DNA of 64,000 bases from a virus. Shown piece after piece: positions 56,401-64,000 of this stretch. The position numbers and the translations under genes were made by a program. The stretch spans positions 1 to 64,000 of IMG/VR virus record IMGVR_UViG_3300045988_116039; one strand, 5' to 3'. Each line of letters opens with the position of its first letter. Position 1 is the first letter of the stretch. The notes under the pieces are model-generated. The model was not told where the DNA came from and did no database searches. It saw nothing but the letters and a program-made list of their open reading frames with translations.

Positions 56401-59169
56401 ATGAATTTTAACAGTAAAGAACTTTATATAAATATGGGTAACGATATCCCGTTATGGAATGACCTGTATTCTTATGAAGAGCAAGACGATGATGTCAAGC
56501 AATTCTGGGAGAATGAGGCTATGAAACTCCTTAACGGTGTTACCATAAATGGGGTATTTATACATCCTTGGTTATATTGGCATATCAATTTCTGGAAGAT
56601 GATGATTGACGTAGGAGATGATCGTATTCCTGGAAATTCTCAGCTTCGTGATAATGAATGGATGTTTGCCGAATTTCTAAAGCAGGCGGAAGAAGAGAAT
56701 AAAGGAATATTCATGTTCGGGTGCCGTCGTTTTGGGAAAGCCCTTCTTGATTCTGAGATACTTTATCTTGAGGACCGGGAAAAGATGATAGGAAATATTG
56801 TTGTAGGGGATAAGATATATGACGATAAAGGGAATTTGGTAGAGGTCGTAGGTGTTTATCCCCAAGGAAAAGTAACTACCTACAGAGTCGTATTTGAAGA
56901 CGGTCGTAATGTTATTTGCTGCGGTAATCATCAATGGCGTGTCAATCATGGAGGAAAATGGCATGTTAGGAGTCTTAGATCCATAGCCGGATTAGATTAT
57001 AAGAGTATGTCTATTCCAGTAGGTGAGGCCCTGAACTACCCTACGGCAAAGCTGCCGGTTCCGCCGTCAGCCTACGCCTCGATGCTGGCGGCTTATCTCG
57101 GTGGCTATGGTGGGGATATGTTTTTTGATAAATACGTTTGTAAGAAATTTTTAAGATCGTCCATAGATCAAAAAAAAGATTTTATAGAAAACTTCATTCG
57201 TTCTTTCAGAAACGTAGTAACCGGAGAAGAAGAGCTTACGTTGTCTCATATTGACATGGATGTCATAAATTTTGTACAACGTATGTTTTGGGCTTCAGGT
57301 TGGTATGCTAAATTGGAGGGGAACAAACTTATACTATCAAGGAATCGTAAGGAATTAAAAATAAGATCCATATCGATATACGGAAAGGAGCATGCCACTT
57401 GTATAACCGTTGATAATGATTCTCATTTATTTTTGACCACCAATTACATCGTTACTCATAATACGGCCATAATGAGTTCTCTTCTGGCTCGTAATGCTAC
57501 AATGACGTACAATTTGACGCATAATGTTATTGGAGCAAGTAAAGAAGACCTTGCCAATATGGGAGAGTATCTTGAGTTTGGACTTGATAATCTTCCTCCT
57601 TATCTTACTATAAACAGGACTGGTAACGACTGGACTAAAGAAGTTGTTTTAGGTACAAGAAACATCAATAACCAACGTGATGTTCATGCCAGAATAAGAA
57701 TCACCAACGTTGATGATGGAAAGACGCGAGGCTCATTGAAGACCGCAGGTGGAACTCCATATACGTCTATATATGATGAGGTAGGTAAATTTCCGGTGCT
57801 TGGAGCATGGCTTGCCGGTAGGCCGGCTCATATGATGCATGGTAGAATGAGGGGCGTTTGTTTGATGGCGGGAACTGGAGGTAATGTAGAAAAGTCTCAA
57901 GATGCCCAGAAAATCATGAACTCTCCGGACGAATATGGATTCATTATAATGAATTATGATATTCTAAATAAGAGAGTTATTAAACCAACATGGCGTATAT
58001 GTAAATCCGGATGCTTTGTTCCGGCCCAGATGTCTCATGCGTATGAAAAGAAAGAAACGACTCTTGATAAGTATCTTGGAGTAGAGAATGCTCCCGGTCT
58101 TAAGAAGATAAAAATAAAAGTTTCAGACTTTGATAAAAATACTGGAATAATAAAATCGCGTCTTGACGAACTTGTCAAAAAGGATAGGGCTTTATACGTC
58201 CAGGAACGAATGGCATTCCCTTTGTCTATAGATGATTGTTTCCTTAATACGAACGTAAATAGGTTCCCTGTAGAAGATGCGTTGAAGCACAAAAGCCGTC
58301 TTCTTGAAGAAGGTAGGCCTGGTAAAACAGTGGATATTTATCAGATAGACGGCATGAAAATGGGGTATAATTTTAGTGATAAGCAGCTTGCTGATTATCC
58401 GTTCCAAGGTGGTAACATAGATGCTCCTGTTGTTATATATGAGGATCCACCAGAAGATGGGGGTGTTTTTGATTTTACGTATGTGAGTGGGCAAGATCCA
58501 TATAAATCAGACAAGGCTGATACTGATTCTGTTGGTACGTTTTATGTACTTAAAAGATATGTAAAAATCAACGATCCATTTGCTTATTGTATAGTAGCAT
58601 CATACGCATCACGTCCTCCATCATCAGATGATTTTTGTCGGAATTGTGAAATACTTCAAGAAGCGTATGGAGCCAAGTGTCTTATGGAAAATGCCGACCG
58701 AATGTACGAGTTGTATCTTACAAGACGAAATAAGCAGCTTATGTTGCTGGAAGACGGTGAACGTCTTGCCGGTAAGATTATCCGTGCTGGCGCCCGTCAG
58801 AACAACAAGCTAGGTTTGGCCCCTACGGTTCCCAATCAGCGCATGCTTTTCAATACCGTTATTCAATATTGTTGGGAGGATGTTGTTGTCGGGTATGATG
58901 ATGACGGTAATGAAATAACACAGAAAGGTATTTACCGTATCCCTGATATAGAACTTCTTGATGAAATCATAGCCTTCGGCCCTGGGGTCAACACCGACCG
59001 TATCATAGCCTTTGGCCACGCTCTTCTCCTGGCTAAGTATTATGATGATATGGGTTACATGCCTGAAAGTACGACTCAGAAGGAGAATCAAAAGAAGAGG
59101 GAACGTAAGAAGATGGAACAGGTTAAAGGATTTACGGTAAGAAGACATAACCCTTACAAAATGAGATAG
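56401..59169 (+). CDS. terL: Terminase large subunit (ATPase plus nuclease) interrupted by an intein in the P-loop
   Basis: Walker A GCRRFGK | intein | TAIMSSLL, Walker B TSIYDEVG and a downstream nuclease-like region. The ATG at 56401 is preferred over the track start at 56356, which overlaps the upstream gene. Confidence 0.8.
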   Translation: MNFNSKELYINMGNDIPLWNDLYSYEEQDDDVKQFWENEAMKLLNGVTINGVFIHPWLYWHINFWKMMIDVGDDRIPGNSQLRDNEWMFAEFLKQAEEENKGIFMFGCRRFGKALLDSEILYLEDREKMIGNIVVGDKIYDDKGNLVEVVGVYPQGKVTTYRVVFEDGRNVICCGNHQWRVNHGGKWHVRSLRSIAGLDYKSMSIPVGEALNYPTAKLPVPPSAYASMLAAYLGGYGGDMFFDKYVCKKFLRSSIDQKKDFIENFIRSFRNVVTGEEELTLSHIDMDVINFVQRMFWASGWYAKLEGNKLILSRNRKELKIRSISIYGKEHATCITVDNDSHLFLTTNYIVTHNTAIMSSLLARNATMTYNLTHNVIGASKEDLANMGEYLEFGLDNLPPYLTINRTGNDWTKEVVLGTRNINNQRDVHARIRITNVDDGKTRGSLKTAGGTPYTSIYDEVGKFPVLGAWLAGRPAHMMHGRMRGVCLMAGTGGNVEKSQDAQKIMNSPDEYGFIIMNYDILNKRVIKPTWRICKSGCFVPAQMSHAYEKKETTLDKYLGVENAPGLKKIKIKVSDFDKNTGIIKSRLDELVKKDRALYVQERMAFPLSIDDCFLNTNVNRFPVEDALKHKSRLLEEGRPGKTVDIYQIDGMKMGYNFSDKQLADYPFQGGNIDAPVVIYEDPPEDGGVFDFTYVSGQDPYKSDKADTDSVGTFYVLKRYVKINDPFAYCIVASYASRPPSSDDFCRNCEILQEAYGAKCLMENADRMYELYLTRRNKQLMLLEDGERLAGKIIRAGARQNNKLGLAPTVPNQRMLFNTVIQYCWEDVVVGYDDDGNEITQKGIYRIPDIELLDEIIAFGPGVNTDRIIAFGHALLLAKYYDDMGYMPESTTQKENQKKRERKKMEQVKGFTVRRHNPYKMR
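56740..57462 (+). other. Intein (Hint domain plus LAGLIDADG-like homing endonuclease insert), 241 aa, inserted between GK and T of the terminase Walker A
   Basis: N-terminal Hint blocks (ALLDSEILYLED...GRNVICCGNHQW), a LAGLIDADG-like MLAAYLGGYGGD, and a C-terminal ...IVTHN followed by +1 Thr. Splicing out restores GCRRFGKTAIMSSLLA. Residue 1 is Ala rather than Cys/Ser. Confidence 0.7.
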
Positions 59170-59210
59170 GTAGAACAATTTACCTATCTTTGTGAAAAAA
59201 CATATGGCTC

Positions 59211-61970
59211 ATGGAGTATTTTAACAGAGATCAGGCTTTTCCGGCCAGAGGAGTATTTTCAGGTTTGCCGGTACAGGCGATACCTACCAAGAGAAAAACC
59301 AAGGAGTGGTTTAAAGCCACTATGGATTCTCTTGAATTGATTGGTTTGAAGCAGCTTGATGAGAACCAGAAGTTCAAGGATTTTTATAGAATGATGGAAG
59401 GTAAGTTATCCTTTATGGAGCTGAAAGACGTAATTCCTTATCTTAAGGATGTTCAGTCTATAAGGGACAATGTAAATATTCCATCATTCTTACGTCATTA
59501 TGATATAATAGGTACGATCGTAAACGCTTTTGTAGGATGGTTGGGCAACCTTTCTGACAAGTATAATGTAGTTGGATTGGACGAATCTGAAGTGAATCAG
59601 TATTCTGCCACGAAGGAGAATCTCCTTCATAATTACATTAAAGAGGAATTGGACAGAAGGGTTAGGCAAGAATTGTTAAATAGGGGATTGGATCCGGATT
59701 ATAATAATTTTGCAAGCGAAGAAGAAAAGCAGGCTTATGCTCAACAGATACAAGAGGTGAAAGCATCTATGACCCCTCCTGAGATAGAGAATTTCATGAA
59801 TACAAAATGGAAGACTGCCGAGGTTATATGGGGTTCTCATACGCTTGAAGCAGACAGGGGGCGTTTTTACATGGATGAGATAGACACCGAGAATTTCATC
59901 GACTATCTTCTTACCGGTCGTTGTTTTAGAAACTATCATGTAGGATACGACTATTATAAGCCGGAGAGATGGTCTCCGTTGAATACGTTTTATTCTAAGA
60001 CATTAGATAGCAAGTATCCGCAGTACGGTGATTATATTGGTCGTGTTCATTATTATACTGCCAATGATATTATAGTAAGGTGGGGGCATCTTCTTACGGC
60101 AAAAGACAAGCAAAAGCTTATAGGAGGTGCTGATAATTTCAATGGTACTTATAACAATGGTGATAATGGAAGCTATGTAAGTTTATCCAAATCGGCGAGT
60201 GTAGGGATGTTATATCAGAATAAGGTAATACCTTGGAAAGGATATAATGATTATGCTTCTATAAAAGCTTATGAGGATTATTACGGTATTCCAGCCGGCA
60301 CATATACCGGATACGATAGTAATGGCAACGAATATCACAGAACCAGATTCATGCCAAATTTAGAGCATGGTAATTATTATAACCGTGCCCAGAGTTTAAG
60401 CGACGAGCATGTTCGTAGTGATTTGTATCAGGTAACTGAATCATATTGGGTATCCCCGGCTCAGGTGTATGTAATTACCTACCAAACTGAAACCGGATTA
60501 GTAACTACCGAAATGGTAACCGACGAGCTTCTTCAGGACTTTTTACAGGAAAATGGTATTAAGAAAATTACCAGAACCATGAGTAAGGGAATGGAGAACC
60601 CGGAGATTAATACCTATTTCGTAGATTACGTTCCACAGGTAAGGTACGGGGTTAAAATAAGTGGAGGTGCCCTCGCTCAGGACAACCTGTATCTGGATGG
60701 AGAACCTATCGATCACCAGATAAAAGGGGATAGCAACATCTATGACTTTGTTTTACCTGTTGCCGGATATATCGGTACTTCTATGGCTAACAGGATTCAG
60801 CCATATCAAATATTCTATAATTTCTCCATAAACCAGATAAACAATATTCTTGAAAAGGAGATCGGTAAATTCTTCTTAGGAGATATAAATCTGGTTCCGA
60901 GTGAATACAAGGATTTGGGTGAAGATGTGGCTGATATATGGGCAAACCTTCTTGATGTAGCTAAGTCTGTAGGTGCTCTTACATTAGATACCTCATCTCA
61001 AAACACGAAAGGTGGTGTCCCTTTCAACCAGTTTGCTGTCTATGATTTGTCCCAGACAGAGCAACTTAAAACAAGAATGGAACTTGCTGAATGGTCGAGG
61101 ATGAAATGTTTTGAAATGGTTGGTATCACGCCTCAAGTAATTAACGGCCCCAACAGGTATGAGACCGCCACCGGGGTCCAGCAGGGCGTTACAGCATCTA
61201 TGTTACAAACACAGATATACTTTGATAACTTCGGTTACTTCAAGAAACGCGCTTTGGATCTTCATCTGGCTGTTGCTCAACAATGTCAGGAAGAAGGAAA
61301 GGATATTTCTGTAATGTACACAAAAAGTGATCTTACCAGAGCGTTTTTATCTATAGGAACCGACGGTCTTAGTCTAAGGCATCTTGGTGTTCAGGCATTA
61401 TCTAATTCCAAGAAAAGGGATGAGCTTGAGAAATTTAAAACTTTCATGTTGCAGCTAAATACAGCCGGAGGCGATATTTACGATCTTGCATCTATCTTCA
61501 CATCAGATTCTATGGTGGAACTTATACAGAATGCAAGGAATACTCGCGCATACAACGAGCGTCAGATGCAGCAGCAACAACAGAATCAGATGCAGCTTAA
61601 CCAGCAACAGATACAAGCTGAAGCTGCTGAGAAGGATAAGCAACGTCAGCATGAACTTGCTTTGGAAGACAAGAAAGGTCAATACAGGATACTTCAAGAG
61701 AAGATTCAGGCGGCAGGCAGGGCGGCAGACGCCAAGAGCGACGCCACCTCCCTCAACTTCCTGGCTTCTGTTTCAGATCAGACCGTAAGGCAAGCTGATA
61801 TAGAAAGCAATGAAAGGATAGAGGATAAGAAAATTGAAAACGATTCCAAACTTCATGATGATGAAATGAGAATGAAAATGGAAGAGTTAAAATTAAAATC
61901 CAAAGAGCTTGCTCAACGAGCGAGGGAAGATGCCACCAAAAGGTATGTAGCCGGAATCAATAAGAATTAA
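59211..61970 (+). CDS. Putative portal protein (large, about 920 aa, crAss-like-type)
   Basis: Immediately downstream of terL and of the size typical for large-podovirus portals. Q-rich coiled-coil C-terminus. Assigned by position and size only. Confidence 0.5.
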   Translation: MEYFNRDQAFPARGVFSGLPVQAIPTKRKTKEWFKATMDSLELIGLKQLDENQKFKDFYRMMEGKLSFMELKDVIPYLKDVQSIRDNVNIPSFLRHYDIIGTIVNAFVGWLGNLSDKYNVVGLDESEVNQYSATKENLLHNYIKEELDRRVRQELLNRGLDPDYNNFASEEEKQAYAQQIQEVKASMTPPEIENFMNTKWKTAEVIWGSHTLEADRGRFYMDEIDTENFIDYLLTGRCFRNYHVGYDYYKPERWSPLNTFYSKTLDSKYPQYGDYIGRVHYYTANDIIVRWGHLLTAKDKQKLIGGADNFNGTYNNGDNGSYVSLSKSASVGMLYQNKVIPWKGYNDYASIKAYEDYYGIPAGTYTGYDSNGNEYHRTRFMPNLEHGNYYNRAQSLSDEHVRSDLYQVTESYWVSPAQVYVITYQTETGLVTTEMVTDELLQDFLQENGIKKITRTMSKGMENPEINTYFVDYVPQVRYGVKISGGALAQDNLYLDGEPIDHQIKGDSNIYDFVLPVAGYIGTSMANRIQPYQIFYNFSINQINNILEKEIGKFFLGDINLVPSEYKDLGEDVADIWANLLDVAKSVGALTLDTSSQNTKGGVPFNQFAVYDLSQTEQLKTRMELAEWSRMKCFEMVGITPQVINGPNRYETATGVQQGVTASMLQTQIYFDNFGYFKKRALDLHLAVAQQCQEEGKDISVMYTKSDLTRAFLSIGTDGLSLRHLGVQALSNSKKRDELEKFKTFMLQLNTAGGDIYDLASIFTSDSMVELIQNARNTRAYNERQMQQQQQNQMQLNQQQIQAEAAEKDKQRQHELALEDKKGQYRILQEKIQAAGRAADAKSDATSLNFLASVSDQTVRQADIESNERIEDKKIENDSKLHDDEMRMKMEELKLKSKELAQRAREDATKRYVAGINKN

Positions 61971-62096
61971 GGATTAAACATCCCCAAATTTCATTAGAAA
62001 ATCTCTAATAAAATTTGGGGATATTTAATTTTTAGTGAAGATTAAACACTTATAAGTTTTTTGTCTGAAATATAGGTATTTAAATATTTTTGCAGT

Positions 62097-63263
62097 ATGG
62101 GAAAATTAGAAAAAAATGGAATAGTAGAATTGGACGATATTTTTAGTATCGGTCCGGTTGATGATGTTTATAATAGGGAAGAAGATATTCTGCCTATTAA
62201 TGGTAATGAACCGGCTAAAAAAGATGAGAAGCCTGTAGAAGAAGGTTCTCAAATTAAAGAAGAGCTGGTTGTTGATCCTACTCCTGATCCTAAAGAGGAT
62301 AAAAAAGGAGAAGAGAATGTAGTTGATGTTAATCAGGATCAGGTAGAGACCCCGGTTGTCAATTACAGAAAAGTATTGGATGCCCTTTCTTCAAGGGGAA
62401 TTATTCCCGATTTGAAAGATGTGGTGTTTAGCGGTGAAAACGGCGAAGAGATTACTATCAATGATCTTGATTTTAGTAAAGAAGATTCGTTGTGTGACAT
62501 ACTATCTACAGTCCTTGAAAGCCAGAAAGAGGATATTGTTAAGGATAAGATAGATGTTACCTCTGTTTCTGATATTACTAAGAAGCTTATCCAGGCTGAT
62601 AAGGCCGGCGCGAATATCGTTGATATTCTTAAGCAATATGATACGAATGTCGCTCCTATAGAAAAGCTTGACATTGAAAACAAAGCAGATCAGATAAAGA
62701 TCGTTCGCCATTATGTTGATCTTCTTGGATTGCCTAAAGATGAAGCTGATGAGTTTTTCAAAGGCATTATCAATAAAGGTGAAGAGTATGTTGAAGCAAA
62801 GGCTATAAAGTACAAGGCTGAGCTTGATAAGAGAATGGATGATATTATCCAGCAACGTACTAAAGAGGCTGCCGAAAAGAAGGCGAAGGATGCAGAAGAT
62901 TTTAGAAGGTATAAGAAAGACCTTAAGTCTTCTATCCAGGAAAAGTATCAGCTAAATGACACTATGGTATCTAAAGCTCTTGATTTTGCCCTAAAACCTT
63001 CTGAATCGAATCCCGGAATTACCAAAGCATTTAATAGGGTAAGGGAGATGATGATGAATCCGGAAGAAGCACCAGATTTGATTATGTTTCTTATGAACCC
63101 AGGAGAGTTCATAAAACAGAAGTCGAATCAAGCTGTAGTTGATGAGAAGAAAAAAATTTATAAGCTCATCAGCCATACAAATAAAGACAAGAGGGTGGCT
63201 CCGGTAGATGATAAAGGTGATCAAGTTCAAGGTGTGAAGTTCGATGAAATCAGTATAGATTAA
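62097..63263 (+). CDS. Hypothetical acidic protein (possibly scaffold or head-associated)
   Basis: 388 aa, D/E/K-rich. A TATTTTTG -7 motif lies 14-21 nt upstream of the ATG. Confidence 0.55.
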   Translation: MGKLEKNGIVELDDIFSIGPVDDVYNREEDILPINGNEPAKKDEKPVEEGSQIKEELVVDPTPDPKEDKKGEENVVDVNQDQVETPVVNYRKVLDALSSRGIIPDLKDVVFSGENGEEITINDLDFSKEDSLCDILSTVLESQKEDIVKDKIDVTSVSDITKKLIQADKAGANIVDILKQYDTNVAPIEKLDIENKADQIKIVRHYVDLLGLPKDEADEFFKGIINKGEEYVEAKAIKYKAELDKRMDDIIQQRTKEAAEKKAKDAEDFRRYKKDLKSSIQEKYQLNDTMVSKALDFALKPSESNPGITKAFNRVREMMMNPEEAPDLIMFLMNPGEFIKQKSNQAVVDEKKKIYKLISHTNKDKRVAPVDDKGDQVQGVKFDEISID

Positions 63264-63285
63264 AAATTAAAACATTTTTTCGTTC

Positions 63286-64000
63286 ATGGCTAATGTACTT
63301 TTAACAAAAAATTTCCCGGCCACCATGAATGGTGACACGGTGATTGGATATACCGACGCTAAAGTCGTTAAGCAAAGTATCGTAGAACACGATCTTAGCT
63401 CTTTAGAAGATTGGTACTACGAAGATCCGGATAAGAATCATCTGGGTATGCTTGAGTTGTTTTCTAACATTACAAACTATCCTCTGCCTATGTATATGGG
63501 TATGATTAAACAGGATGCTACTATTACCGTAAATGGTATCAATGGTTCATTCCGTTATGATCTTCCGGTATCAGAAACGTATGAGGTGGTTACAGTAGAA
63601 GACACGTCTTTGAAATATGCAAAACCTGGTATTGATGAAAGCTTCTTCGAAATTGTGTTGAATGCACAATTTAAACAAGGAGATGTTATTACTTACGATG
63701 TGATTAACGGTTGCCAGGCTCTTATCTCTACAGAGCGTCCTCCTAAACAAGAAGGTGAAAACTGGAGATACTGGTGTAAGCTGTGGGGTCGTTCTCGTGC
63801 TAAATACTTCCCGAAAGACATGCTTCGTGCCGGTATTAAATACTGGAAGGTAACAAACGTTCTTGGTGAGTTCTCTACTCAGTTCTCTGGTGTAGGAGGT
63901 GCTTCTAAGGCCGGTTCTATGACTTGTGAATTTACGCTTGGTGGACACCGTGGTGTTGAAGGTGAAACGACTATGTACGCTGGTATTAAGTCTTTGGCTT
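63286..64000 (+). CDS. Structural-module protein, 5' partial (it runs off the window end); possibly the major capsid protein
   Basis: ATG at 63286. The frame is open to 64000 (MANVLLTKNFPATMNGDTVIGY...). The function is inferred only from its position after the portal. Confidence 0.5.
   Translation, partial: MANVLLTKNFPATMNGDTVIGYTDAKVVKQSIVEHDLSSLEDWYYEDPDKNHLGMLELFSNITNYPLPMYMGMIKQDATITVNGINGSFRYDLPVSETYEVVTVEDTSLKYAKPGIDESFFEIVLNAQFKQGDVITYDVINGCQALISTERPPKQEGENWRYWCKLWGRSRAKYFPKDMLRAGIKYWKVTNVLGEFSTQFSGVGGASKAGSMTCEFTLGGHRGVEGETTMYAGIKSLA

Noticed and set aside
1-64000. Temperate or prophage interpretation (tRNA fragments as attachment-site remnants)
   Set aside because: No integrase, excisionase or repressor-like lysogeny module is recognisable in 64 kb, and the gene content looks like that of a lytic phage. 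The tRNA-like fragments are therefore not interpreted as att sites.

Overview
This is an AT-rich (about 35% GC) window that reads as a segment of a large tailed dsDNA phage genome. The host is most likely a Bacteroidetes bacterium. The evidence for that is Bacteroidetes-type -7 promoter motifs (TAnnTTTG) directly upstream of several starts (37672, 62075), short or leaderless 5' UTRs, and a tRNA-Gln with U1-A72. From 1.9 to 53.1 kb almost everything is on the minus strand. This block is tightly packed, often with ATGA or 4-nt overlaps, and carries small early genes plus replication, recombination and nucleotide-metabolism genes. Replication genes: an SF2 helicase, a DnaB-like helicase, a primase-like protein, SSB with a DDLPF tail, a clamp-like protein, a PIF1/RecD helicase and a RuvC-like resolvase. 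Nucleases: a Cas4-like nuclease, a second PD-(D/E)xK nuclease-like protein, an MmcB-like nuclease and two HNH endonucleases. Nucleotide metabolism: dUTPase, a divergent thymidylate-synthase-family enzyme and a dNTP pyrophosphohydrolase-like protein. A divergent, repeat-containing intergenic region at 53.1-53.66 kb separates this block from a plus-strand late module. The late module has small proteins, a large terminase subunit interrupted by a LAGLIDADG-type intein in its P-loop, a roughly 920-aa portal-like protein, an acidic protein, and a partial structural gene running off the window end. Several features stand out. (i) A flotillin (SPFH) - NfeD - acyl carrier protein gene trio, normally a cellular membrane-microdomain system. 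(ii) Three genes sharing an MRRR(F/Y)...IGGG N-terminal cassette; two carry homopolymeric G8/G9 tracts, and one of these is frameshifted OFF at the tract. (iii) Two diverged, inverted copies of an IS200/IS605 TnpB-only element about 39 kb apart with a covarying ωRNA terminal hairpin, plus a third, different TnpB-like gene. (iv) A 4-tRNA cluster flanked by HNH endonucleases. (v) Three copies of a tRNA T-arm-like motif placed 20-30 nt upstream of minus-strand start codons. (vi) A gene-poor, GC-enriched, repeat- and hairpin-rich 2-3 kb region (30.75-33.8 kb) likely holding an origin and/or ncRNAs. (vii) A DHH/DHHA1 phosphoesterase and HAD phosphatase pair next to an HExxH protein. No CRISPR array, integrase, rRNA or DGR reverse transcriptase was seen.
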